From: a virus
Taxonomy: Duplodnaviria > Caudoviricetes
Virus record (IMG/VR): IMGVR_UViG_3300037755_000870
Location: 1-54,943 of that record
Reading direction: 5' to 3' (one strand)
DNA: 54,943 bases
Shown: positions 36,348 through 46,692 of the stretch, in pieces
How positions within the stretch are numbered: position 1 is the stretch's first letter
Layout: every line of letters begins with the position of its first letter
Translations under genes and position numbers: made by a program
Notes under the pieces: model-generated
What the model was told of the DNA's origin: nothing
Database searches by the model: none
The model's input: only the letters and a program-made list of their open reading frames with translations

Positions 36348-37189
36348 GAGAGGTCCGGTTTCACCGTGACGTTGAACCCGGCCGGCTCGACCACGAGACC
36401 GGGAACCTGGTTCCCCTCGGCGTCGATCACGACGTGCTCGAACGCCGGGGCGGTCCCGACGACGGAGACCTTCACGATCGGCTGCGTGCCGTCGACGAGG
36501 TCCTCCGGGCACTCCTCGCAGAGCATCGACGCCGGCGGATGCGACCACTCCTCGCCCGTGTGGTCCTCGAACCGCCAGACCTCGACGATCTGGTGTCCGC
36601 AGAGGAGCGTCGCGTCGATCTCCATGCCGATCTGCCGCTTCTCGACCGAGACCCGCTTGCGGAGTTCGCCGATCCGGACCGTCGGTTCGTCCTTGACGAG
36701 TTCGTCGTACTCGCCGACGAGGTTCTCCTCGATCCAGGCGACGACCGCGTCGTTGTCAGCGACCGCGGCCTTGCCGCCGGTACCGGTCGACGTGAGCCGC
36801 CCGGACGGGAGCGGCCTCGACTTGACGTCCTCGTCGGCCAGGCGGAGCCGGCGCATGTAGTCGGAGAGGAGCGCCTCGAAATGCTCGACCGAGCGGAGCG
36901 GTCCGCGGCTCGCCTGCGAGAACCAGGCGTCGATCCGCTGCATCCAGTCGTCGCGCTGGCGGGCGAGGTCGTCGACGGCCTGCTGGTAGACGACGAGATG
37001 GCGCATCGACCACTCGGCGCCGTCGTCGTCCTGGATCCTCCACCGCTCGGCGCGCTCGCGAATCTCGGCGTCGGCCGGCGTGTCGTCGACCGGATCGGGT
37101 AGTTGCTCGAACGCCTTCACGTCGAACGGCGCCTCGTCGAGCGCCAGGTCCGGCGGGAGCGGTTCGGACAGGGGACGGATTGCGGACAT
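36344..37189 (-). CDS. Mu Gam-like host-nuclease inhibitor
   Basis: WRIQDDDGAEW, coiled-coil, KSRPLPSGRL, VPGLVVE; upstream of the RecT-like gene. Confidence 0.7.
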   Translation of the reverse strand: MSAIRPLSEPLPPDLALDEAPFDVKAFEQLPDPVDDTPADAEIRERAERWRIQDDDGAEWSMRHLVVYQQAVDDLARQRDDWMQRIDAWFSQASRGPLRSVEHFEALLSDYMRRLRLADEDVKSRPLPSGRLTSTGTGGKAAVADNDAVVAWIEENLVGEYDELVKDEPTVRIGELRKRVSVEKRQIGMEIDATLLCGHQIVEVWRFEDHTGEEWSHPPASMLCEECPEDLVDGTQPIVKVSVVGTAPAFEHVVIDAEGNQVPGLVVEPAGFNVTVKPDLS

Positions 37190-37227
37190 GCGGTTCCTCC
37201 TCGGGGACGGGTCTATCGGTCCTCGAA

Positions 37228-37243
37228 CCTTAGCGCGGATAGG
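37228..37243 (-). promoter_or_regulatory. Motif copy with TAAGGT -10, start of early operon
   Basis: CCTTAGCGCGGATAGG; preceded by a hairpin at 37258-37289. Confidence 0.8.
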
Positions 37244-37384
37244 TGCCGGGTGGACGCGAGGGAGCCGGCCCCGTAGGACCGGCTCCGTCGTGCTGGGCGA
37301 GGGTTCCCAAGGAGGTTCCGAACGCCGGCGGTTACCGGCGGACCCTTCTAACCTCGCACCCGCGATGGTACCGCGATCGAGTCG

Positions 37385-37720
37385 CTATTCGAGGAGCGGC
37401 GGTTTCACGTTCGAGTCGGAGGAGTCGATCGCCTGCTTGACGTCGACGGCCGCGGAGGCTGCGGATCCGATCGCGAGACCAAGGATGATCTTCGTACCGA
37501 CGTTGGCGTCCGAGAGCAGAAGCTCCGTGCCGGGGATCGCGAACTCGCCGAGTTGGCTCGCCCCGTAGAGGAACACGACGGCGATCGAGACCAGCCAGGC
37601 GAGGACCTGCGTGACGGTCGCGCTCCTCGACGTTCGCCAGGTCGTGAGCAGTCGAGCGAAGTCGACGAGCTTCCAAACCATGACGAGCATCCCGGCGAGA
37701 CCGGCGATGACGACTTCCAT
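37385..37720 (-). CDS. Holin
   Basis: Three TM segments immediately after the endolysin; AGGAGG RBS. Confidence 0.7.
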   Translation of the reverse strand: MEVVIAGLAGMLVMVWKLVDFARLLTTWRTSRSATVTQVLAWLVSIAVVFLYGASQLGEFAIPGTELLLSDANVGTKIILGLAIGSAASAAVDVKQAIDSSDSNVKPPLLE

Positions 37721-37737
37721 GACGGGTTTCCTCCTGG

Positions 37738-38580
37738 TTAGAGAGCAGCGATGTAGTCGACAATCGGCCAGGTCTGCCGGCCGACGATCCCGTCGACGGT
37801 CAGCCCGAAGAACCGTTGGAGGTTCACGACGCCGGCCTCGGTCCGAGGACCGAACAGTCCGTCGTCTCCGCGGCCGGTCCAGCCGCCGCGTCCGAGGTCC
37901 TGGCCGGCCTTGTCGATAAGCGTCCGTTGCAGGTACATGACGTGGATCCACCAGCGTTCCGGCTGCGCCTCCGGGAGCATGTTCCAGACCGTCGGGTGTG
38001 CCGGCGGGAGGATCGGCGCCGGCGGGTCGGTCGGCCGGGTCAGGAACGGGCGCCGCCAGCCGGTCGCCTCCCAGGCGCGGATCGGGTCGCCGGCGCAGGC
38101 GGTCGGTTTCCAGTCCGAGTGGTCCCAACGGAGCGGGACCCGGAGCCGAGCCGCCTCGTCGAGAAACGCGGCCTTGGCCTCGTCGGTCACCGGGTCGGCG
38201 TCGCCGGCGATGTAGACCGTCGCATAGGACCTCTGGTTGCCGGCGTTCGTGCCGTTCGCTCCGGTCCGGACGCCGGGACCTCGACCCTCGAACCGGACGC
38301 CATGCGGGCAGACCGCGGACGTGTAGGCGACGTCCGAGCCGCCGTTCCGGGTTCCGGCCCAACCGGGACTCATGTGGAACGCCTGCCAGCCACGCCAGAT
38401 CGAGGCGCAGCGCGCGTGGTCGGTCGTGTCGCGGAACCGTTCCCGCGAGGACCGGTCGGCGCCACGCCACGGAGACCCGCCGCCGTAGTGGGCGGTCAGC
38501 CCCTCCGGGGTGATCGAGTAGGAGACCGAGCGGCGAGGTTGCAGACCCGCGGCCTCGCGGGAGACCAGTTGGGACGTCAC
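37738..38580 (-). CDS. Endolysin: N-acetylmuramoyl-L-alanine amidase with peptidoglycan-binding domain
   Basis: AHY, WQAFHM, DVAY, FEGRG, HSDWKPTACAG; DGLFGPRT and VDGIVGRQTW. Confidence 0.9.
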   Translation of the reverse strand: MTSQLVSREAAGLQPRRSVSYSITPEGLTAHYGGGSPWRGADRSSRERFRDTTDHARCASIWRGWQAFHMSPGWAGTRNGGSDVAYTSAVCPHGVRFEGRGPGVRTGANGTNAGNQRSYATVYIAGDADPVTDEAKAAFLDEAARLRVPLRWDHSDWKPTACAGDPIRAWEATGWRRPFLTRPTDPPAPILPPAHPTVWNMLPEAQPERWWIHVMYLQRTLIDKAGQDLGRGGWTGRGDDGLFGPRTEAGVVNLQRFFGLTVDGIVGRQTWPIVDYIAAL

Positions 38581-38711
38581 GCCTCGACCTCCGGTCCGTC
38601 GTCCTCCGTGATGGCGTTCTGCCATTCGAGGATCTCGTGCAGTTCGACGAGGTCGACCGGTGCGTGGTTCTCGTCGTCGCCGGCGTCGTCTGGTTCTTCG
38701 GGTTCGGCCAT
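38577..38711 (-). CDS. Acidic 44-aa protein
   Basis: TACGGT-N7-ATG; stop overlaps the endolysin GTG. Confidence 0.5.
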   Translation of the reverse strand: MAEPEEPDDAGDDENHAPVDLVELHEILEWQNAITEDDGPEVEA

Positions 38712-38743
38712 CGGGGGAACCGTACCGCGCTCCGGTCGGTTCG

Positions 38744-39079
38744 TCACTCGCAGGCGTCGGTCGATCGACGCTGCGGCGGGTTCGTCCGGAAGCTGCGCCA
38801 GCGGAGCGCCCGGAGCCAGATCACGCCGTCGATCGCGAACCCGACGGCGAACGAGGCGATCGCCTGCCAGCGCGAGGACGGGACCGAGTAGTGCCCGAGC
38901 ACGACCCGGATCGCGGCGAGGAGGTAGAGCGCGGCGACGACCGCGACCCAGCCGCCGGCGTCGAGTTGGAGCGGCGACCAGCGGCGCGCCGGTCTCCAGG
39001 TCGTCAGGAAGTAGACCGCCGGGACGAGACCGCCGGCGATCACGATCCAGAGGACGGCGTAGTACGTCTGGTCGCTCAC
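38744..39079 (-). CDS. Three-TM membrane protein (holin-like)
   Basis: Hydrophobic helices; lysis cassette context. Confidence 0.65.
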   Translation of the reverse strand: MSDQTYYAVLWIVIAGGLVPAVYFLTTWRPARRWSPLQLDAGGWVAVVAALYLLAAIRVVLGHYSVPSSRWQAIASFAVGFAIDGVIWLRALRWRSFRTNPPQRRSTDACE

Positions 39080-39291
39080 GAGGCGATCATCCTCCGTCGT
39101 CGAGCCGCCTCGCGGAGCGTCTGCTCCATGAGTTCGGCGAAGTGGTTCGCGGCGACGACCGAGCGGACCTGGTCTCGCATCCGTTCCGCTATCGGGAGTG
39201 CCGCCTCGGACGAGATCCTCGCATGGCGGGCGGTCTCGATCGCCTCCTTCGCCTCCGGTGACGGGTCCGGCCTGCGCTTGGGTCGACTCAT
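39076..39291 (-). CDS. Small lysis-region protein
   Basis: Coupled ORF with NHFA motif. Confidence 0.6.
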   Translation of the reverse strand: MSRPKRRPDPSPEAKEAIETARHARISSEAALPIAERMRDQVRSVVAANHFAELMEQTLREAARRRRMIAS

Positions 39292-39740
39292 ATTCCGGCC
39301 TCCGGTCGGCCCGCCAGAGCATCCTTCAACGCGCCGAGCAGCGCGAGCGAGATCTGTCCAGTCTCCATCAACGCGGCCGCCGCTCGCTCCGCGGCCTGCC
39401 GCGCCCGTGTCTCCTCGTGGTGCGCGTCACGCCAGGCGTCCCGGTCGGAGACGAGATGTTCGTTCCGGTCCTGGAGCGCGTCGGCGCGCCGTTCGATCTC
39501 TCGGATCCGAGCGTCGGTCTCGGATCGGATCGCCGCGACCTCCGCCGCACACGCGGCCTTCTGCGCCTCGACCGTTCCACGGTGGTCCGACGTCAGCATG
39601 ATCACGCCGCGGAGCCATAGGACCAGCACGGTACCGATCCCAAGAATCCATGCCGGTATCCCTAACCACTCGATGACCTCGCCAGCCCCCGGCGCACCGT
39701 TCGCCGCGGTCAGCCGGACGAGTAGCGGCGACAGGAACAC
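39288..39740 (-). CDS. Membrane-anchored coiled-coil protein (lysis accessory)
   Basis: One TM segment plus coiled-coil, RDAWR; TACGCT-N6-GTG. Confidence 0.65.
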   Translation of the reverse strand: MFLSPLLVRLTAANGAPGAGEVIEWLGIPAWILGIGTVLVLWLRGVIMLTSDHRGTVEAQKAACAAEVAAIRSETDARIREIERRADALQDRNEHLVSDRDAWRDAHHEETRARQAAERAAAALMETGQISLALLGALKDALAGRPEAGI

Positions 39741-39779
39741 ACCCGGAGCGTAGGGCAGCGCGCGCGCCCGACGGTGTCT

Positions 39780-40187
39780 CTACGGTTCGGCGATCATCCC
39801 GCGTGCCTGCTCCTCCGCGGCCTCGACCTCGCCGTCGGCGACCCCGTCGAGGAGCACGCCGGCCGCTGCGTCGACACGCTGCCGGTCGATCCCGACGATC
39901 TCCGCGGCCTGTCCGCCGTCGATGAGGAACCGGGCCGCGGCGTGCGCTGCGAGGAACCGATGGTCCTCCTCCTCGATCCGGAGCCGGCGAGCTTCGGCCT
40001 GGTCCGGGAACCGGAAGCGGATCGGTTCGCCGACCTCGATACGCGCCGCGGTCGGGTAGTCGAGGTTGAGGCGGACCTCGTCCGCGACGTCCTCCTCCAG
40101 TACGGAATGCCAGACCACTCGGCCGTCGGCGATCCCGATATGGATGCTGTTGCCGTCCTGGTGGTGGACGAGGACCTCGTACGTCAT
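39780..40187 (-). CDS. Hypothetical protein, end of tail module
   Basis: ATGA coupling. Confidence 0.6.
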   Translation of the reverse strand: MTYEVLVHHQDGNSIHIGIADGRVVWHSVLEEDVADEVRLNLDYPTAARIEVGEPIRFRFPDQAEARRLRIEEEDHRFLAAHAAARFLIDGGQAAEIVGIDRQRVDAAAGVLLDGVADGEVEAAEEQARGMIAEP

Positions 40188-40723
40188 GGCACTCCGATCA
40201 GGCTGTAGGAACGGTTGCCGCCGCTGGGCGTGGCGGTGGCCGGGAGCGGATGGGCGGACGATTCGAGAGCGGACCAGCCGTCGGAGAGCGTGCTCGTCGA
40301 GTTGCTGTCCCACTTGATGAACGACGCGGCCGTGGTACTGGAGGCGAGTCCGAACCAGTCGCCGTTCGCGACCTCGATGCTCGACGCGAGAGCCACGGTC
40401 GCGTCACCACCGGATGGGCAGGCGACGGATCCGCTGGTCCGCTTCTGAGCGGCGGGGCGGTTGGCCTGGCCTGCCGCGCCGTTGGTGCCGTAGACCGCGA
40501 CGGAGAGCGTGCCGGACGAGGCGCCCACGCGCATGGCGATCGAGGAGATCGTCGCGGCGCCGGCGGTTCGCATGTATCGGGCGATGTTGTTCGCGCCCAC
40601 GCTGGCCGCTCCGCCGGTCTGGTAGTCGGGGCCGACGACGACGCGGACGATGTCGCCGATCGAACCGGCCCCGGAACCACCCCCGCCTCCGCCGGCGTCG
40701 TCGGGTTCCCAAATGACCGGCAT
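40184..40723 (-). CDS. Minor tail protein, Gly/Ser/Ala-rich
   Basis: Poly-Gly linker then beta-rich domain; TGATG coupling. Confidence 0.65.
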   Translation of the reverse strand: MPVIWEPDDAGGGGGGSGAGSIGDIVRVVVGPDYQTGGAASVGANNIARYMRTAGAATISSIAMRVGASSGTLSVAVYGTNGAAGQANRPAAQKRTSGSVACPSGGDATVALASSIEVANGDWFGLASSTTAASFIKWDSNSTSTLSDGWSALESSAHPLPATATPSGGNRSYSLIGVP

Positions 40724-41979
40724 CAGGTGACGACCTCGTCGCGCTGGAACACGCCTACGCCGTCGGCAGCCACGTAGAGCGTCCCGTCGGCGGCGATGTA
40801 GACGCCGGTCAAGGTAGCGCCGACACCGGTGGCGTCGATCGTGTCGAGCACCGTCCCGGTCGTGTCGATCCGGATGATCTGCGCCGAGTCGTCCAGCACG
40901 AAGAAGTCGCCGGCGAACAGCGCCAAGCCGAAATAGAGATGCCCGGACGGGAGACCGATCGTCTGCAACAGGGACCCGGCGGTCGAGTACCGGTAGAGAC
41001 GTCGCTTGGCGCCCTCGACGACCCACACGTCGGTCCCGTCGTGGACGACGCCGTTGTGGGCTTCGTCGGCGAGCGGGAACGACGAGTTCAGCGCCCCGGC
41101 CTCCGTGTAGCTCGCGAGGACGTCCTCGGCGCCGGAGAGCCAGATCTCGGTGGTCGACACGTGGGCGATACCGCGCACACGATGGGTGCTGCCGTCGCTG
41201 AGGGCGAGCGCCTCGAACGACGCAAGCTGCGCCCACGCGGCGTCTCGCTTCGAGACCGTGACTCCGGATTGGCCTTCGGTGGTCCACCAGTTGGTGCCGT
41301 CGAAGTCGAGTTCGTACACATCGGCGTCCGTGACCTTCGTCCAGTTGCCCGCGAGAGTCGCTCGACCGAGCGGGTCGGACACGCCGATCTGCACCCTGGC
41401 GGTCAGGTCCTCGGTGGCGCCGGCGGCATGGGTGACTTTGATCTTCCCGACCGCGCCGGCCTCGGCGAAGTAGATCAGGGTCCCGAACCAGGTGAGCGTG
41501 CCGTCGCCGCGGGATGCGGCGGCGGCGTCCTCGACGATCACGTTGGCGAGACTCGTGACGTTGTCGAGTTCGAGTTCGACGGATCCGCCGGCGGAGTAGC
41601 CGAGCCAGGTCTGCTCGTAGGCGAGCACGTACGTCGCTGTGATGGGATGGACCCAGGATTCCCCGGCGGCACTGACGTCCTCGAAACCCTGCTGGGCGAG
41701 GAGTCCGTCCCAGGTCACGTAGGCGCCGCCGGGATCGACCGACGTTCCGGTGACGGACATCGCGAGCAGGTGGGCGGATCCGATCACGTCGCCGCCCCTC
41801 GTGAGCGGTTCCGGCATCGCGATCGGTGCTTGGGAGAGGAACGATCCGGTCCGTTCGACCGGGGCCGGGAGAGCGGACCGGCCGGCGAGTCCGCCGTCGC
41901 CGAGCATCCGTCGGAGGATCCGCTCCCGCTGGAGGACCTCGCGCCTCGTGTTCAGGAACTCGCCCATCGACTCGGTCAT
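40723..41979 (-). CDS. Minor tail / receptor-binding protein with beta-propeller-like C-terminus
   Basis: Repeats of FDGTNWW, HDGTDVWV, AADGTLYV type. Confidence 0.7.
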   Translation of the reverse strand: MTESMGEFLNTRREVLQRERILRRMLGDGGLAGRSALPAPVERTGSFLSQAPIAMPEPLTRGGDVIGSAHLLAMSVTGTSVDPGGAYVTWDGLLAQQGFEDVSAAGESWVHPITATYVLAYEQTWLGYSAGGSVELELDNVTSLANVIVEDAAAASRGDGTLTWFGTLIYFAEAGAVGKIKVTHAAGATEDLTARVQIGVSDPLGRATLAGNWTKVTDADVYELDFDGTNWWTTEGQSGVTVSKRDAAWAQLASFEALALSDGSTHRVRGIAHVSTTEIWLSGAEDVLASYTEAGALNSSFPLADEAHNGVVHDGTDVWVVEGAKRRLYRYSTAGSLLQTIGLPSGHLYFGLALFAGDFFVLDDSAQIIRIDTTGTVLDTIDATGVGATLTGVYIAADGTLYVAADGVGVFQRDEVVT

Positions 41980-43559
41980 ACGATCGCTGCCGGGATCGTA
42001 GAGGCGACGGCGGACCAGGCGATCCGACCGGTATCTAGGACCGCGCCTGCGAACGAAGTGATCCGCACGGGTTCGACCGTACCGTCGACGTCGGACCGGC
42101 AGTTCACGCGGTCGCCGATCTCGATGTCGACGTACGGGACGAGCGTGTCCGGCAGTCCGATCGAGATGTCGTCCGGCGGGTCGGAGTCGGCCGCAAGCTG
42201 GAGGACGACCGCCTCCGCGATCGTGTGCGGATGGAGGTCGTCGCCGAGCGTGATGACGTCCTCCATCTTCAACCCGAGTGCGGTCTCCGCCGCGGTGTTC
42301 GTCGCGGTCCCGAATCCGGAGTTCGTCTGATAGAGGAACCTCGTCGCCTGCGGTCCGTTCCCGCTGGAGGACAACGCGACCGGGGTCGAGACCGTCACGG
42401 ATCCGGTCTTGTCGCTGCCGCGCTCCTGGAACAGACGGAGCAGACCCACCGGGGTCATCTCCGGTTCGCACTTCCACGGCCCGAGCGCCTCGACCAGCGG
42501 GCCGAGCTTCTGCGGCCGGAACGCCCGCGGGTACTCGTACTCCCAGGCGACACCGGCGGAGTCGAGGTCGGCGTCGAAGTCGTACGTCATCCCGGCGAGC
42601 AGGCTCCTGGCCTGCGCCTCGTCGACCGCGGTCATCGCGATGAACCCGTTCGTGACGCCGGGGTACTCGCCGTCCGCGTAGTTCTCCCACGCCTGCCAGA
42701 ACGGCGGGGTCCCGGCCGAGATCTGGATCCCGCTCGTCGAGTTGAACGTCGTGAACAGACGGTTCTCCATCTGCCCCCAGTCGTTCGGTTCGCCGTTCTG
42801 GTCGTGCGTTAGGACCGCCCAGGTCCAGCCGAGAGCGTGCTGATACCCGGCCGGCGGGGTGCCTTTGCAGTCGAACATGATGACGTGATCCTCGCCGTCA
42901 TACGGGAGGTCGTACTGCCGGATCGACCGGTCTCCGCGAGGCGTGGAGAGAGCGTCGAGCGGGGCACCGTCGAACCAGACCTCGACCTCGGTCCAGGCAG
43001 CGGACGTGAACCACATACGAGCCGGCTTGTCGGCGTGCGTGGCGTTGCCGGTCAGGAGGCGCCGGTAGACCGCTCGGCTGGTGAACACGAATCGTTCCGC
43101 CCGCGGGTCCTGCCAGTTCTCGCGGGTCAGGGTCCCGCCGCTGGTTGGCTCCGGACGGACCACGGTCGGGAAGTCGAATCCCATCGGACCGAACCAGCGC
43201 GGCGACTGCTGGAGTCCGTCGAGACTCTCGTACGGGTGGAGCGCCGCGCCGGCCTGCCGGTATCCGAGGTCGGCGAGGAGATGCCGGCACTCGAACTTCA
43301 CACGGGCGCCGTCGAGGGCGACGATCTCCTGCGGATCGTCCTGGACCCGGTAGGCGAGCCGGTCGACGCCGTCGATCCGAACTCGGATCACGCTCAGAGG
43401 ATCGAGGAGAGCGAGGTCCGTGGTCTCCTCTGCTCGGACCGAGAACACCAGCGTGCCCGGTCCGGTCAGCATGTCGAGGAACCCGATGTTGAACGCCTGC
43501 GAGAGCGTCCCCTGAGGGGACGTGTTCGTCGGGTCGTAGACCCGAAGCTGGACACTCAT
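41976..43559 (-). CDS. Minor tail protein (baseplate hub/Tal-like)
   Basis: Second gene after the tape measure; PYVDIEIGDRV C-terminal motif. Confidence 0.75.
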   Translation of the reverse strand: MSVQLRVYDPTNTSPQGTLSQAFNIGFLDMLTGPGTLVFSVRAEETTDLALLDPLSVIRVRIDGVDRLAYRVQDDPQEIVALDGARVKFECRHLLADLGYRQAGAALHPYESLDGLQQSPRWFGPMGFDFPTVVRPEPTSGGTLTRENWQDPRAERFVFTSRAVYRRLLTGNATHADKPARMWFTSAAWTEVEVWFDGAPLDALSTPRGDRSIRQYDLPYDGEDHVIMFDCKGTPPAGYQHALGWTWAVLTHDQNGEPNDWGQMENRLFTTFNSTSGIQISAGTPPFWQAWENYADGEYPGVTNGFIAMTAVDEAQARSLLAGMTYDFDADLDSAGVAWEYEYPRAFRPQKLGPLVEALGPWKCEPEMTPVGLLRLFQERGSDKTGSVTVSTPVALSSSGNGPQATRFLYQTNSGFGTATNTAAETALGLKMEDVITLGDDLHPHTIAEAVVLQLAADSDPPDDISIGLPDTLVPYVDIEIGDRVNCRSDVDGTVEPVRITSFAGAVLDTGRIAWSAVASTIPAAIV

Positions 43560-44056
43560 AGGTGGAGGTCCGCGTTCGGCGAGGAGATCTCCAGAGTCGC
43601 CGCGTAGGCCGCTGCCCCGGAGGCGACGAGGATCGGCGGCGCCAGCGGGAGGACCTCGATGTCGACGGAGATCACCGTTCCGGCCGCGGTGGTCCAGACG
43701 AACGGTCGGGTGCCGTCGCCGCCGGACGGTGGGAGGAACACGTTCATTTGCAGGTAGGCGAGGTTGGTCTCCAGTCCGGCCCACGGGTTCGCGTACTCGA
43801 TCCCGTTGCGGTCCCAGTAGCCGTTGATCAGCAGCGGGAGCGAGAACCTCGTCGGGTCGAGGTCCGGTTCGTACGTGGTCTCGCCGTCGACGCCGGGGAC
43901 CCGCTGGTTCACGTACCGAACGTCCGGGGTCCGGAACAGACCGGAGAGGTCCGGGAGATGCCACGCCGGCCCCTGCATGGCGACCGCGCTGATCGAGACC
44001 GTCCCCTGCTTGGTCTGGACGTTCCAGTAGAACCCGTCGTCGGCGAGAAGGGTCAT
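43556..44056 (-). CDS. Distal tail protein (Dit-like)
   Basis: Directly after the tape measure; RVPGVDG motif. Confidence 0.7.
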   Translation of the reverse strand: MTLLADDGFYWNVQTKQGTVSISAVAMQGPAWHLPDLSGLFRTPDVRYVNQRVPGVDGETTYEPDLDPTRFSLPLLINGYWDRNGIEYANPWAGLETNLAYLQMNVFLPPSGGDGTRPFVWTTAAGTVISVDIEVLPLAPPILVASGAAAYAATLEISSPNADLHL

Positions 44057-46686
44057 GCGCTACTCACGATCCGGACCTGGAGCGAATACAACTGTCGGAC
44101 GACCTCCATGCCGACCGAGTATGCGTCGTCGCGGCGGGCGCCGGGGATGACGAGTTGCCCGACGAGCGGTCCGGCCGCGCCGCCGGCCGCGGCGGCGCCG
44201 ACGTCGCCGAGCGTCCGAGCCATCTCGGCGACCACGCGGTCGATCCCACCGAGGGAGGTCGGGACCACGAGCACGTCCTCCGGTTCGCCGCCCTCGCCGA
44301 CGAGGAACTGAGTCGGCGAATGGATCCGGCCGGAGAACCCGTGGGCCGATCCGAGGATCAGACCGCCGCCTCCGCCCTCGGAGATCCGAATATTCCGGTT
44401 CTCGGCCCGGAAGATGTCGTTCAGCGACCGGGCGAGGCGGTCGAGGTTCCCCTGCGCGACCGCCGTGTCGATCGCGACTCGCGCCTCGTAGGTACCGGGG
44501 ACCTCGTCGAGCTTGCCGATCAGTCCGGTCAAGGATTCGAACATCGGAGAGCCAGGCTCCATCGTCTGACGGACCCGATCGAGTTCGGTCCGCAGGATCG
44601 TGTTCTTCTCCTTCCACGACAGCGTCCGGCCCTCGGCGTTCGCGGCCTCCTCCGCCACGCGGAGCGCCGCCTCGGCCTGGTCGAGCGCGGCCCGTTCGGC
44701 GTCCCGGAGCGTGGTCTCCAGTTCCCGGTACGCCTCGCCGCCGGTCGCGTTCGCCTCGTCGACCGCTTCCTGAGCATCCCGGATCCCCTCGTGGGCGGCG
44801 ATCAGATCGAGTTCCGTCGCCTCGCCGTCCTTCTGGACCTCGGTCAGATGCGCGCGCGCCGCCGCGAGTTCAAGTTCGGCCTTCCGGATCTCCTGCGCGC
44901 CGGCGGGTCCGCGTGCGTCGTTGAGTGCCTTCTCGGCCTCGCGGACCTCGGCGAGCGCGTCCGAGGAGTCGAGGAGCGAGTCCTCGTAGTCGAGTTGCGA
45001 TGAGAACGATCCGAGGGTCGCGTCGGTCAGAGCGTGGAGCGCGTCGGTCTGCTCCTTGATCTCGTCCGCTGTCTTTTCCGACGCGCCCGCGACGGCGCCG
45101 AGCGCGCGCTCCATTTCCCGCTGTTCCGTGATCGCGCCTTCGAATGCCTCGCGGCTGTCGTCGACCCCGGAGGCGAGGTCGATCCCCTGCGCGAGCGCGA
45201 GTTCGAGCGCCTCCTCGGTCGTGAGACCGAACTGCCGGCCGAGAGCCGACGCCGTATCCCGCATGGTGACGAGTTGCTCGTCGGTCGCCTCCAGTTCGGC
45301 GACCCCGGCCTTGAGTTCTCGCCGGAAGTCCGCATCCCAGGGGGCGGAGGAGCCGGAGATGTCCTGCTCGAATCCCCGCTGCGCGTCCCGGACCGCGATC
45401 AGCTTCTCCTCCAGAGTGACGAGCGGGTCCTCCGACGCGGAGATCTGGTCCGCGATGTCGGTCCGGATCCCTTCGCCGAACTCCTTCGCTCGCCGGTTCC
45501 CCTCCTCGACGGTGTTCGACCAGATCGAGAACGCCGCGACCCCGAGACCAGCGGCCGCGGTCGCCCCGGACATGCCCTTGGTGAGCGACCGGAGACCGCC
45601 GGTCATCTTCCCGGCCGACCTGGCGCCGCCGTCGAGCGGACCGGAGAAGTCGACCTTGACCAGCCCGGTCGCCATCTCCGCCGCGGATCCGAGGCTGCTC
45701 CCGAGGAACCCGAACGCCTTCGAGCCGGCGTACCCGTAGGCCGCGGCCTCGATCAGCGGATCCGGGATCGACTCGATCACGGACGCGATGGCCTCCAGCG
45801 CCGGCGAGAGCGCGACGAGGAGATCCGTCGTCGTACCGATGATCGGCGCGGCGGTCTCGAACCCCTGGATCAGCAACGGGACCGCCGCCTGAGCGAGTTC
45901 GGTCACGGCCGGGATCGTGTCCCCGCGGAGCATCTCCACGAACATCAGCGCCACCGGGAGGAGACCCTCGCCGATCTCCGTCTTGGCGTTCTGCCACTCC
46001 GCCGTAAGCGCCCGCTGCTGGTTCGCCAGCCCGTCCGAGGTCCGAGCAAAGTCGCCCTGCGCGAGCGTCGTCTGCCGCATGATGATCGAGTACGTGGCCT
46101 GCGCCTTGACCCCGGCGTCGATCTCGTCCTTCGTCTCGGCCAGACCGAGCGCGAGTGCCTCCGCCTCGATCGTCGCCGCGTTGATGTTGATGCCGAACCG
46201 CTTCAGTGGTTCGGTCTCGCCGACGATCCCGGCCCGGAGCGCGTCGACCGCGTCCGCGACCTCCGTGTTGTTGAACGAGGCGAGGTCCGAGGCGAGACCC
46301 GTCAGGGTCGTCGCCATCTCGGCCGACTTCTCCTCGGTCAACTCCAGGGACCGGAACAGGTTCCCGTACGTGCCGGCCGCGCCGAGAGCAGCGGACTCGG
46401 ACTGACCGAACGCGGAGGCGGCGTTCTTGGCGAACGAGGTCACGGTCTCGGAGGCGTCGCCGAACACGGTCTCGTTCTTCGAGACCTCCTCGCCGAGATC
46501 CGCGGCCGCGTCGATCGTGTCCCGGAAGAACGACGCCACCTTGCGGGCGCCGCCGATCGCGGCGAACGCGATCGCGGCCTTCTTCGCTGCGCCGACGAGC
46601 GGAGACTCGACGTCGTCCTCGACCTGCTCCGCGAACCCGCGGGTGTTCGGTTTGATCCGTACTTCGGCCTCTCCGAGCACGGTCAC
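44053..46686 (-). CDS. Tape measure protein, 877 aa
   Basis: Long Ala/Glu helical ORF; DLASFNN, GETEPLKRFG, GDFART, LVGEGGEPE; follows the chaperones. Confidence 0.92.
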   Translation of the reverse strand: MTVLGEAEVRIKPNTRGFAEQVEDDVESPLVGAAKKAAIAFAAIGGARKVASFFRDTIDAAADLGEEVSKNETVFGDASETVTSFAKNAASAFGQSESAALGAAGTYGNLFRSLELTEEKSAEMATTLTGLASDLASFNNTEVADAVDALRAGIVGETEPLKRFGININAATIEAEALALGLAETKDEIDAGVKAQATYSIIMRQTTLAQGDFARTSDGLANQQRALTAEWQNAKTEIGEGLLPVALMFVEMLRGDTIPAVTELAQAAVPLLIQGFETAAPIIGTTTDLLVALSPALEAIASVIESIPDPLIEAAAYGYAGSKAFGFLGSSLGSAAEMATGLVKVDFSGPLDGGARSAGKMTGGLRSLTKGMSGATAAAGLGVAAFSIWSNTVEEGNRRAKEFGEGIRTDIADQISASEDPLVTLEEKLIAVRDAQRGFEQDISGSSAPWDADFRRELKAGVAELEATDEQLVTMRDTASALGRQFGLTTEEALELALAQGIDLASGVDDSREAFEGAITEQREMERALGAVAGASEKTADEIKEQTDALHALTDATLGSFSSQLDYEDSLLDSSDALAEVREAEKALNDARGPAGAQEIRKAELELAAARAHLTEVQKDGEATELDLIAAHEGIRDAQEAVDEANATGGEAYRELETTLRDAERAALDQAEAALRVAEEAANAEGRTLSWKEKNTILRTELDRVRQTMEPGSPMFESLTGLIGKLDEVPGTYEARVAIDTAVAQGNLDRLARSLNDIFRAENRNIRISEGGGGGLILGSAHGFSGRIHSPTQFLVGEGGEPEDVLVVPTSLGGIDRVVAEMARTLGDVGAAAAGGAAGPLVGQLVIPGARRDDAYSVGMEVVRQLYSLQVRIVSSA

Positions 46687-46692
46687 GGCCGG

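Noticed and set aside
3108-37243. Repeated motif as a CRISPR array or integron attC sites
   Set aside because: Copies are kilobases apart, with no regular spacers and no cas or integrase gene; they coincide with -10 boxes
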